From positions 24,738,001 through 24,802,000 of the forward strand of contig OZ024764.1 in assembly GCA_964016885.1 (NCBI GenBank): a stretch of 64,000 bases of DNA, read 5' to 3'. The notes under the pieces were generated by a model. It had not been told where the DNA came from and ran no database searches. It was given only the letters and a program-made list of their open reading frames with translations. Both the position numbers and the translations under genes were made by a program. Origin of the DNA: Eledone cirrhosa (taxonomy: Eukaryota). Shown piece after piece: positions 1 through 11,920 of this stretch (the stretch's first letter is position 1; each line of letters begins with the position of its first letter).

Positions 1-90
1 TATATATGTATATATATATATATATGTGTATATATATATATGTGTGTATATATATATATGTGTATATATATATATGTGTATATATATATG

Positions 91-123
<33 letters not shown>

Positions 124-277
124 GTATATATTATATATGTATATATTATATATGTATATATATATATGTATATATTATATATGTATATATTATATATGTA
201 TATATGTATATATTATATATGTATATATTATATATGTATATATATATGTATATATTATATATGTATATATATATTTA
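1..277. repeat. Degenerate (TA)n/TATG microsatellite
   Basis: Alternating TA with TG/TT interruptions; the ORFs here are Y/I/M/C repeats. Confidence 0.95.
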
Positions 278-785
278 TTTCGTTTCTGAATTTGTTTAGC
301 AAGATTCTTTATCTGAAAACGTGTGTTGAAACCGATATTGTTATACTTTGGGAGGGTCATGTTGCCAATAAGAAACACATGCACCAGTTGCTTTCACTTC
401 AATTTGTATAAATTAAATTACAAATTAAAAAAAATAAAATTTATAAATTTCCGGTTGGTTGGTTGGTTCCACAACCAGATGGTTGTTTATATATTGTCAA
501 AGTTCTTTCGTCACACATTCTGTGACCTCTTCAGTGACTGGGGATTCTTTTCTTTGTTTTTTGTGCCTCTCCTATGTTCTGTCCTACGCCATCTTGAAGA
601 GGTCACAGAATGTGTGACGAAAGAACTTTGACAATATATAAACAACCATCTGGTTGTGGAACCAACCAACCAACCGGAAATTTATAAATTCCTAAATTTA
701 TAAATTTATTATAATAAATTGAAGTGAAAGCAACTGGTGCGTGTGTTTCTTATTGGCAACATGACCCTCCCAAAGTATAACAATA
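278..785. mobile_element. Solo Penelope pseudo-LTR as an inverted pair (same family as 48804-55090)
   Basis: 278-595 closely matches the reverse complement of the Penelope 3' end at 54780-55090; 595-785 is its inverted copy; (TA)n on both sides. Confidence 0.9.
495..539 (-). ncRNA. Minimal type I hammerhead ribozyme (Penelope pLTR)
   Basis: Minus strand AGTCA-CTGAAGA-G-GTCACA gaatg TGTGAC-GAAA-GAAC-TT-TGACA; stems I and II pair. Confidence 0.7.
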
Positions 786-857
786 TATATATATATATAT
801 ATATGTATATGTATATGTTATATATGTATATATATATGTATATATGTATATATATAT

Positions 858-972
858 GAGGTTGGTGTTAGGAAGGGCATCCAGCTGTAGAAATCAAGCC
901 AAAATCAGTTCCCGTCCCACCCTTGCAAGCAGGGAAAAAGCGGACGTAAAAATGAAATGATGATGATGATGA
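858..972 (+). mobile_element. Short RTE-LINE/SINE 3' end with (GAT)n tail
   Basis: GTTGGTGTTAGGAAGGGCATCCAGCTGTAGAAA ... CCCTTGCAAGCAGGGAAAAAGCGGACGTAAAA + (TGA)n, shared with other RTE 3' ends in the window. Confidence 0.75.
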
Positions 973-978
973 TATATG

Positions 979-1039
<61 letters not shown>

Positions 1040-2610
1040 GTATATATATGTATATATGTATATATGTATATGTATATATATATGTTTATGTATATATGTA
1101 TATATATATGTATATATGTATATGTATATATATATATATAGTATATATATGTATATATATGCATATATAGTATATATATGTATATATATATATAGTATAT
1201 ATATGTATATATATAGTACATATATGTATATATATATAGTACATATATGTATATATATATAGTATATATATATAGTATATATATGTATATATATGTATAT
1301 ATATGTATATATATATAATATACATATGTATATATATATATATAGTATATATATGTATATATATATAATATACATATGTATATATATATATATAGTATAT
1401 ATATGTATATATATATATATATAGTATATATATATATATAGTATATATATGTATATATATATAGTATATATATATAGTATATATATAGTATATATATGTA
1501 TATATATATATTGTATATATATATAGTATATATATGTATATATTTATATAGTATATATATATATATAGTATATATATATGTATGTATATATATGTATATA
1601 TATACATATATATACTATATATGTATATATATATACATATATAATATATATATGTATACATATATAATATATATATATATACATATATAGTATATATATG
1701 TATATATATACATATATAATATATATATGTATATATATACATATATATACTATATATGTATATATATACATATATAATATATATATGTATATATATACAT
1801 ATATAGTATATATATGTATATATATACATATATAATATATATATGTATATATATATATATGTATATATATATACATATATAATATATATATGTATACATA
1901 TATAGTATATATATGTATATATATATATATATAATATATATATGTATACATATATTGTATATATATGTATATATATATATAGTATATATATGTATATATA
2001 TATATATGTATATATATTTATAGTATATACATGTATATATATATACATATATAGTATATATATGTATATATATGAATATATATATATATGTATATATATG
2101 TATCTATATACATATATAGTATATATATGTATATATATGTATATATATGTATATATATGTATATATATGTATATATATATATATGGTATATATATATGTA
2201 TACATATATATATATAGTATATATGTATACATATATATATATATAGTATATATATATGTATATATATAGTATATATATATGTATATATATACATATACAT
2301 ATATAGTATATATATGTATATATATGTATATATATATATAGTTATATATGTATATATATACATATATAGTATATATATGTATATATATGTATATATATAT
2401 ATATATATACTATATATGTATATATAGTATATATATGTATATATATGTATATATATAGTATATATTATATATATGTATATATATGTATATATATATATAT
2501 AGTTATATATGTATATTTATACATATATAGTATATATATGTATATATATAGTATATATATGTATATATATAGTATATATATGTATATATATAGTATATAT
2601 ATGTATATAG
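973..2610. repeat. Long degenerate (TA)n microsatellite tract
   Basis: About 1.6 kb of TA with TAG/TG/CA interruptions. Confidence 0.95.
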
Positions 2611-2611
2611 T

Positions 2612-3096
2612 TAAACTTGGGGAGGGTCATATTGTGGTAATAATATTGCCAGAAATAACAGAATACACTCACTGTTTAGTTTGGGTTGCTTTTCACTTCT
2701 GTATCTTTTATATCTCCACAGTTAATTTATTTGGCAATCAATGTTTATCATTGGCTGACCAACGGTCAAAAGTACAGATATAAATATATATATATATATA
2801 CAGTCTATCAAAGTTCTTTCGTCACACGTCTGTGACATCATCAGTGGTACTATTATGTTTCCTCCCGTTGTATTGTAATGCCTACGTCATTTTAATTTAT
2901 TTATTTATTCATTTATTCTTGTCTCTGTCTGCCAGAAAAATTAACTATGGAGATATAAAAGATACAGAAGCGAAAACCAACCCCAACCAAACAGTGAGTG
3001 TGCTCTATTATTATTTCTGGCAATATTATAACAATATGACCCTCCCCAAATATAACAATATTTGTTTCAATAAACGATTTCATATCAAAAACCTTG
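2612..3096. mobile_element. Diverged Penelope pLTR inverted pair with hammerhead (2806-2849, minus)
   Basis: Arms ~2612-2735 and ~2930-3096 are inverted; encodes MTLPKYNNICFNKRFHIKNL like the Penelope ORF start; minus strand CTGATGA-T-GTCACA gacg TGTGAC-GAAA-GAACTT. Confidence 0.75.
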
Positions 3097-3103
3097 TATA
3101 TAT

Positions 3104-5680
3104 ATCATCATCATCGTTTAGCGTCCATCTTCCACATTAGCATGGGTTAGACGGTTTTGTTCCATTTGATGTGGGAATGGTCGGGAAACCGTGTCTCGCT
3201 TGTACGGAAGTGTCTCTGGCAGGTTTCTTACAGCTGCATGCCCTTCCTAACACCAACTACTCTTACAGTGTGGACTGGGAGCCTTTTCACCATGTCTCCT
3301 ACACGACCACTTTACAGTGTGGACTGTTGTGTCATTGACACAGTGGACGGAACGGGAGAGGGAGGGTGGGGTGGGGTGTATATTGGGTTAAGAGGTGTCT
3401 ACTGACTGTAGGTTTGTATGCAATGGCAGTCGGGTCTTCTGTACAACTGCATGGCACCAAAGATTTCAATCCAGTGTCCTTGTCTTAAAGAGGTGTAGGT
3501 GAGCAAGCTCAGTTTTTATCACCTCGTCCCAGGTTTTTCTTGGTCTACCCACTCCATAATTTTGATCACCCTGCACTTTTTTATGCAGCTGTCATCTTTC
3601 ATGTGCATCACATGACCATACCAATGTAATATTCGCTCAAGTAAACAGCATCTGATCCCTCTTATTCCTAATTTCTCACTTAGTTCATTTATGATTTGCC
3701 GTTCACGTATATTACTATTACACATCCAGCGGAGCATGCATGCTTCGTTCCTTTCCAGTCTGCGCAGCTCCTCTGCACACAATGCCCAGGTCTCACTGCC
3801 ATGTAGCATTGCTGTTTGTATGCAGGCATCAAACAATCTGCCTTTCATTTTTAGAGAGAACCCTTTAGTGGTCAAGAGTGGTATAAGCTCTCTGAACTTT
3901 TTCCATCCTGCTCTAACTCTGGCTACTACACTTTCAGAGCACCCTCTACCACTGCTGATTTTGTCACGCAGGTAATGGAAAGTGTCTCTATTTCTATAGA
4001 ACCCTCTGGGCAATAGAAGGAGCTAGCATCCAGTAGGCCCTTCCTACTTACTGCATCTGAGCATCGGCCACATATAAAATCTACATTCTTAGATAGCTTA
4101 CCTGTGATCCCACTACATCTTTTATGTACCCATAGTTTGCATTTGGGACATAAAATGGAATATCTACCTATTCCTTTCCTACACACTGAGCATGGCCATT
4201 TGCCAGAAGGGATCTGTGCCCTATTTTCCTTTCTACAAACTAGAACTTTATTCTTAGACAAGTTAACTTTAAGGCCTTTTGATTCTAGGCCATGCTTCCA
4301 TGTTTGGAATTTCTTCTCTAGTTCAGCTACGAGAGTTAGATCATCTACATATAGAAGTACCCATGGGCAACCAGTCTTAAAATCCTCTGTTATAGCCTGA
4401 AGGGCAATAATAAATAGGAGGGGGCTAAGGACAGAGCCTTGATGAACACCTACTTTTACGCTATATCCTTCACTATATTCATTGTTAATTCTAACCTTGC
4501 TGACTGTTCCTCTATACATGGCTTGTACAGCTCTCACAAGCCATTCTTCCACTCCTAGTTTTCTAAGAGCCCACCAGATAATGGAGCAGGGGACTCTGTC
4601 AAAGACCTTCTCCAGGTCAACAAAAGTTTAACAAAAGTTAAGGGGTTTACTTTTAGTTAGCTAGGTACTTCTGTACAAGTAAAAGAGCATATGTGATACT
4701 TTTACCTGAAACAAATCCAAACTGCATTTCATCTAGATCAATTCGGTCTCTAATCAGTTAAGTAATAACTCTTTCTGTGACTTTCATGATTTGGTCAACT
4801 AACTTAATGCCTCTATAGTTTCCTCTATCCAGGGCATCTCCTTTGCCCTTGTAACAGTTGACGAGGATGCTGCTACGCCAGTCATTTGGTATGACCCCAT
4901 TCTATATTACTTGGTTTACTATCCGGGTGACCATAGTATGTCCCACCATACCAGATACCTTCAATATTTCAACAACTACCTCCGAAGGCCCAGCTGCCTT
5001 GCCTGTCTTCATATCTCTGATTGCCTTACTTACTATACTACCATTAACTTGCACTGCTGGTCCCTCTATTGGATCAATGTGGGGCAGACTATCTTTATTC
5101 TATTCATTCTCCACATTCAATAGTCTCTCATAGTGACACTTCCAAGCTACCTTCTTATCACTATCAGTGAGGGCAAGTACACCATCATCATTATGGACAC
5201 ATGTCTCTCCGACAATATCACAAATCACCTTGACACATTGCCTCGCAATCCTGAACACCTCTCGTCTTTGGTCCTCCCGTTGTAGAACATTCTTGAACTT
5301 TCTATCCTCTGCTTCCCTCTTTGCAAGGTATACTTGTTGTCTAGCTTCTCTCCTAGCTACCCGATAGAGTTCTCTACTACTCCCATCCTGCCATTCTATC
5401 CAAGCCTGCTTTTTGCCCTTGATGGTCTCTTCCTCCTTACTGTTCCACCACCATGTCACTCTCCTCCTGCCTAAAGGTCCACTCCAGCCACAGATTTCAT
5501 CAGTCACCTTCAACAGGTTAACTTTCAGGAGTTCCCACTGTTCCTCTATATTGTATGTCTCTAATTGTTCTTCCTTACTGTCAAAAGCATCAAGTAATAG
5601 GCTTTTAAACTTGTCACTGGCTGTGGGGTCCTTCAACTTCCATAATCTTCTTCTCGTGGGTTTGTGTCCCATATCCATCA
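3104..5680 (-). mobile_element. RTE-clade LINE, 5'-truncated and frameshifted (RT with PHD insert, 3' UTR, (GAT)n tail)
   Basis: ORF pieces 5100-5681, 3926-4552 (GVHQGSVLSPLLF, YVDD) and 3519-4013 (AMLHGSETW, WYGHV). Confidence 0.9.
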
Positions 5681-5894
5681 ATACTCACCCTTTTTTACAT
5701 TCAGAGGGGTTTTTGTAAACCCCAACTAACAGACTAAATCTATTTAATCAAATACGGTGTAAGCACATGTTACTACCTAATATATATATATATATATACA
5801 TATATGTAGGAGGTGAGTTTTATTGTAGTACAATAAAGCAATGCAGATATCGGATAAGAAGCACTCTACAGTTTGTAGGACTGGAGTATACATA

Positions 5895-6220
5895 ATATAT
5901 AAGATCAAAAGATGGTTAAAGGAGTTCCATGTATTTTATTATGCGCATTTCAAAAACAAACATCATCATGCAATAATATTTGTGTTTTCATCAGATAAAA
6001 CAGGAGAACATGATATGAAGGCTAAAAAACACTTGTGGATAGTGCAGTTTTATATGTTGATTTAAAACTGCACTATCCACAAGTGTTTTTTAGCCTTCAT
6101 ATCATGTTCTCCTGTTTTATCTGATGAAAACACAAATATTATTGCATGATGATGTTTGTTTTTGAAATGCGCATAATAAAATACATGGAACTCCTTTAAC
6201 CATCTTTTGTTCTTATATAT
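5895..6220. repeat. Near-perfect ~155-bp-arm fold-back repeat with a hammerhead motif on each arm
   Basis: Arms mirror around ~6057; + strand TTTTAT-CTGATGA-[long stem II]-GAAA-TGCGCA-TA-ATAAAA at 6113-6183. Confidence 0.85.
6113..6183 (+). ncRNA. Type I hammerhead ribozyme with palindromic stem III (ATGCGCAT)
   Basis: Intact core CTGATGA/GAAA/UA; stem I TTTTAT:ATAAAA; ~15-bp stem II; mirror copy at 5932-6002 (-). Confidence 0.75.
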
Positions 6221-6862
6221 TATATATACATATATATATATATATATGTATGTTATCTCTTTCTCTTAATTTCGAGTATATTTTTTTGACCGGCCACCTT
6301 CCTGGTGGCAAGGTTGTAAAAGAAATGTATGTATGTATGTATGTATGTATGTATGTATGTATGTATGTATGTATGTATGTATGTATGTACACATATAGAC
6401 AGATGAAATACATGACATTTGATTATTTACACAAATTGCAGTCTTTTATTGAAAATTCAAATCAATTTGAATAGACATATGTAAGTAAATGTGTACAGAC
6501 ACCGACAACATGTATGTATGTATACCCCACTCCCATGTATATATATATATACATACACACACATATATATGTTTGTGTGTATTTAATATATATGTATATA
6601 TATATGTATGTATATATATTCATATATACATATATGTATATATATATATGAATACATATATATATGAATATATGTATGTGTATATATATATGTATATATA
6701 TGTATGTATATATATATATACACATACATATATATATATATGAATACATATATATATGAATATATGTATGTGTATATATATATGTATATATATATGTATG
6801 TATATATATATATACACATACATATATATATATATATGAATACATATATATATGAATATATG

Positions 6863-6924
<62 letters not shown>

Positions 6925-7441
6925 TACATATATATATATATATATATGCTGTGCTGAATAAGACCCGTCCCACCCTTGCAAGCAGAGAAAAGTGGACGTA
7001 AAATGATGATGATGATGATGATATATGAATATATGTAATAGGTGTACAACCTCACCTGCTCACATCCCCCACCCTCACACCACACACTCTGTAAATATTT
7101 TTTTTACACATTCTTCAATATCTGAGAGGAAATTCTGAAACTACAACAACAACAATAATAATTATAATGGCTTTTGTTTACCTAATACGGTTATCGCAAT
7201 AGTGATGATGATGATGATGCCAAATGAACCTCTAGATAACGGTAATATTGCAAAGAATGTCTACAACACTAACAACTAAAGATGACAGCAAGTAAACATG
7301 GCTGTTTGGTTAAAGAGTTTGCTTTAGAAAGCCATCGCTGGGAGTTCAATCCCAAGTGTTGACTTTTATAACTCTTCCAACTAACAACCAGCCTTGCTAC
7401 AGGGAACTTAAACATGGACACTTTCATCCAACCAACAGAAG

Positions 7442-7516
7442 TACTACTACTACTACCTTGATGGCACCTACACCACTGCTACTACTACTACTACCTTGAT
7501 GGCACCTACACCACTG

Positions 7517-7553
<37 letters not shown>

Positions 7554-7613
7554 GTTGATGGCACCTACACTACTGCTACTACTACTACTACCTTGATGGC
7601 ACCTACACTACTG

Positions 7614-7644
<31 letters not shown>

Positions 7645-7704
7645 CTTGATGGCACCTACACTACTGCTACTACTACTACTACCTTGATGGCACCTACACT
7701 ACTG

Positions 7705-7735
<31 letters not shown>

Positions 7736-7795
7736 CTTGATGGCACCTACACTACTGCTACTACTACTACTACCTTGATGGCACCTACACTACTG

Positions 7796-7826
<31 letters not shown>

Positions 7827-7901
7827 GTTGATGGCACCTACACTACTACTACTAATACCTTGATGGCACCTACACTACTACTACTAATACCTTGATGGCA
7901 C

Positions 7902-7935
<34 letters not shown>

Positions 7936-8133
7936 CTTGATGGCACCTACACTACTGCTACTACTACTACTACTACTACTACCTTGATGGCACCTACACT
8001 ACTACTACTACTACTACTACTACCTTGATGGCACCTACACTACTGCTACTACTACTACTACTACTACCTTGATGGCACCTACACTACTGCTACTACTACT
8101 ACTACTACTACCTTGATGGCACCTACACTACTG

Positions 8134-8176
<43 letters not shown>

Positions 8177-8198
8177 CTTGATGGCACCTACACTACTG

Positions 8199-8229
<31 letters not shown>

Positions 8230-8251
8230 CTTGATGGCACCTACACTACTG

Positions 8252-8285
<34 letters not shown>

Positions 8286-8307
8286 CTTGATGGCACCTAC
8301 ACTACTG

Positions 8308-8362
<55 letters not shown>

Positions 8363-8417
8363 CTTGATGGCACCTACACTACTGCTACTACTACTACTAC
8401 TACCTTGATGGCACCTA

Positions 8418-8450
<33 letters not shown>

Positions 8451-8464
8451 CTTGATGGCACCTA

Positions 8465-8505
<41 letters not shown>

Positions 8506-8522
8506 TTACTACCTTGATGGCA
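7442..8522. repeat. Compound minisatellite: CCTTGATGGCACCTACA alternating with variable (CTA)n
   Basis: About 25 copies of a 17-bp core separated by CTA runs of variable length. Confidence 0.9.
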
Positions 8523-8524
8523 TT

Positions 8525-9612
8525 CAGAGCTTAAACTGGTGACATCTGACTTTGAGAGAGATATATGCTGGCCTCCCACCCATATCTGCCATTGTACGTA
8601 AAAGGAGAGTAAGATGTGCTGACCACTGCCATGGTGCCACCTCTGAGGCTGTGTCACCTCTAGTGTCACTAATAACAGGGGACACAAGCTCTCCTATCCT
8701 GATGTACTGACCACTGCCATGGTGCCACCTCTGAGGCTGTGTCACCACTAGTGTCACTAATAACAGGGGACACAAGCTCTCCTATCCTGATGTACTGGTC
8801 ACTGCCATGGTGTCACCTCTGAGGCTGTGTCACCATTATGTCACTAATAACAGAGGACACAAGCTCTCCTATCCTGATGTACTGGTCACTGCCATGGTGC
8901 CACCTCTGAGGCTGTGTCACCACTAGTGTCACTAATAACAGGGGACACAAGCTCCCCTATCCTGATGTACTGGCTACTGCCATGGTGCCACCTCTGAGGC
9001 TGTGTCACCATTAGTCTCACTAATAACAGGGGACACAAGCTCTCCTATCCTGATGTACTGGTCACTGCCATGGTGTCACCTCTGAGGCTGTGTCACCACT
9101 AGTGTCACTAATAACAGGGGACACAAGCTCTCCTATCCTGATGTACTGGCTACTGTCATGGTGTCACCTCCGAAGCTGTGTCACCACTAGTGTCACTAAT
9201 AACAGGGGACACAAGCTCTTCTATCCTGATGTACTGGCTACTGCCATGGGGCCACCTCTGAGGCTGTGTCACCACTAGTGTCACTAATAACAGGGGACAC
9301 AAGCTCTCCTATCCTGATGTACTGGCTACTGCCATGGTGCCACCTCTGAGGCTGTGTCACCACTAGTGTCACTAATAACAGGGGACACAAGCTCTCCTAT
9401 CCTGATGTACTGGCCACTGCCATGGTGTCACCTCTGAGGCTGTGTCCCCACTAGTGTCACTAATAACAGGGGCCACAAGCTCTCTTGTCCGGATGTCATC
9501 TCCAGAGATTCTGGTATTGAAATCCAGGACTTGGCAACAGCAATGAACGACAGACAATTGTTGAGTCAATTTCGGCTGAGACTGCCAGATGATGATGATG
9601 ATGATGATGATA
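8525..9612 (+). mobile_element. RTE-like LINE 3' fragment with an internal 88-bp tandem array (~10 copies, 8619-9495)
   Basis: Flanks translate to YAGLPPISAIVRKRRVRCADHC and CPDVISRDSGIEIQDLATAMNDRQ; (GAT)n tail; GATGTACTG at 8701 and 8789 gives an 88-bp period. Confidence 0.75.
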
Positions 9613-9770
9613 ACCTTGAGTTGACCAATGATTTGTGACTGAGTTTTAGGAAACTCATATAGGCTAAATATTATACATTCTTTCATTTCAAAACTACTCA
9701 TATTATACAGGGTGTTTCATAAACATTGATATCATGGCCTGTTACCAAGGTTGTGATATTAAAATATATA

Positions 9771-10150
9771 TCGCGATGCTGCATGGTAGTGAGACATGGG
9801 CAGCAACTGCAGAAGATATGTGATGGCTGGAGAGAAATGAAGCATAGACGAGTTGAGAAAGAAACTGTGTGTAAGAGAGATAAATTGTAGTGTGCAGGAT
9901 AGGAGATTGAAATGGTATGGACATGTGATGTACATGGAGGATGACCACTGGGTAAAGAAGTGCCAAGAAATCCCAGTAGAAGGAAGATGCAGTAGAGGAA
10001 GACCACGTAAAACATGGGCGGAGTTGGTGAGAGTAGACCTCAGATCACTGACACTCACAGAGGAGATGACGAAGGACCGTGACGAGTGGAGAGATGCTGT
10101 GCTGAATAGGACCCGTCCCACCCTTGCAAGCAGGGAAAAGTGGACGTAAA

Positions 10151-10180
<30 letters not shown>
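9771..10180 (+). mobile_element. RTE LINE 3' fragment
   Basis: RRLKWYGHVMYMEDDHWVKKC...RGRPRKTW; (GAT)n tail. Confidence 0.85.
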
Positions 10181-10181
<1 letters not shown>

Positions 10182-10269
10182 ATCAGTGTTATAATATTGA
10201 CAAATTTTGAGCCATAACTCTTATGTTGTTCAACATTAAGCCTGTCCCATCTTGTTGGCCTTAAGGCAT

Positions 10270-10445
10270 TGATAGAATGTCAAACAGTCACCATGTTTGC
10301 AGCATAGAGTTACGGCTCTTTATGATCTGAGTTCAAATCCCGCCGAGGTGAACTTTGCCTTTCATCCTTACGGGATCAATAAAATAAAGTACCAGTAATG
10401 TACTAGGGTAATTGCTGGCCTTGTGCCAAAAGTAGAAGTAATTGT
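10270..10445 (+). mobile_element. tRNA-derived SINE family 1 (other copies ~13380-13640 -, 17184-17355 +, 32305-32400 -, 32531-32720 +, 43180-43355 +, 43950-44100 +, 46300-46790 - three in tandem)
   Basis: B-box GAGTTCAAATCCCGCCGAGG, body TTTGCCTTTCATCCTTACGGGGTCGATAAAATAAAGTACCAG, AT-rich tail. Confidence 0.8.
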
Positions 10446-10738
10446 ATAACTTGTCTCTATACTGGAATGGACAGTATTCAACCTTATTGTACTGAAACCG
10501 TGGTGATTTCTAGTGGTTGAATGCACCCCCCCCCCCATTTTGAAATATATATATATATATATAATAATATTCTTTATAGTTATATATACACTACATACAA
10601 CTATAAACAGCAAAGGTCAGTAATTCATTACTACCTTATTACCAGTAAGAAAAATAGCTCAATGTAAATACATCAGATGTTTTACAGAGCAGGAATATAA
10701 ATTACACAATAATCAAAGTTATGTTCAAATCATTTTAT

Positions 10739-10785
10739 TGCTGACAATCGTTTCTTACAAACTTTCGTTTGGAATCATCAGAGCA
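10739..10785 (-). ncRNA. Type I hammerhead ribozyme (GUC site) in a dispersed repeat also at ~58190-58400
   Basis: Minus strand TGCT-CTGATGA-TTCCAAAC gaaa GTTTGTAA-GAAA-CGATTG-TC-AGCA. Confidence 0.7.
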
Positions 10786-11681
10786 CTAGCAATGTTTGTA
10801 CATATAATTAACCTCCTATTCAACTGAACAATCATATAGATACATGGATATTAATGTTGTTATCAACAGTTTCGTATTTACAGAGTGGAATGGATGCAAC
10901 AGAGATTACAAGAGAATTGTACAATAATTAAAATTAAAAATTAAAAGTTGAAAGGCACAGAGTGGAATGCATGCAACAGAGATTAGTATAACAATTAGAG
11001 AGGCATTAAGGTAGAAAGTTACTCATGAAATGACGACACTAGCAGTACATATGTAAGCGTATGGAGAGTGCAAATGCAATAGGCATATACAGGAAGGAAA
11101 CAAACAATTATCACACTACATCCACCATAAACTAATAATTTTAATACAAAAACAGCTTTGACTGCTTGTAAACATATGTTGTTTTATGTGATACCTTTGC
11201 CTCACAGAAATTATATATGCCTAGTACCATTGCTTGTTTCCTTCCTGTTTAAGCCTATTGCATGTAACCATGTCCATTACGAGCTGAGGATCCGCTAAGG
11301 TGTAACAATTGTTCTCGGTATGGTGAACTAACTGTTGTGTAACCACTTCTACCTAACTCGTCCCATGGACTGAGTGCTCTACCACTACGGATATTACCTT
11401 CCAGTGTTCTACCACTGTATGTATATATATATATATATATATATAAATGAAAGGTATAGAAAACATTGTAGCGAAAAGCGAACAGTACTCCATAATATAT
11501 AAGTGACTATAGCGTCAAAATGGGAAAAATAGTTAACGTAAGATGTGGGAAAAATATTTCAAACTCATCTCAAAGAGAATCAGGATATAGATTCATCCAC
11601 AGAATTTAGTGAAATCCAGGGAAAAATCAATAGAGCCTTAACTCATGATAAAATAAAGTTTAAAATACTCATCCTTCAATA

Positions 11682-11920
11682 TCATCATCATCATTTTACG
11701 TCCACTTTTCCCTGCTTGCAAGGGTGGGACGGGAACTGATTCTGGCTTGATTTCTACAGCTGGATGCCCTTCCTAACACCAACCTCATTTACAGTGAGTG
11801 CTGGGTGGTTTTTGCCATGGCACCTCCACGACCACTTTGCAGTGGAATGATAGGGACCCCAATCCCTATCATCTCATTTCTACAGCTGAGTAAACTGGAG
11901 CAATGTGAAATAAAGTGTCT
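11682..11920 (-). mobile_element. SINE family 2 (RTE-type 3' tail), 5'-truncated
   Basis: Reverse complement of 28670-28910. Confidence 0.75.

Noticed and set aside
6-2783. Many long Y/I/M/C/H-rich ORFs (also at 6.5, 31-33, 47-48, 59 and 62 kb)
   Set aside because: Translations of (TA)n microsatellites, which lack stops by composition
7442-8522. CRISPR-like constant repeat with variable spacers
   Set aside because: Spacers are only (CTA)n runs, the context is eukaryotic and there are no cas genes
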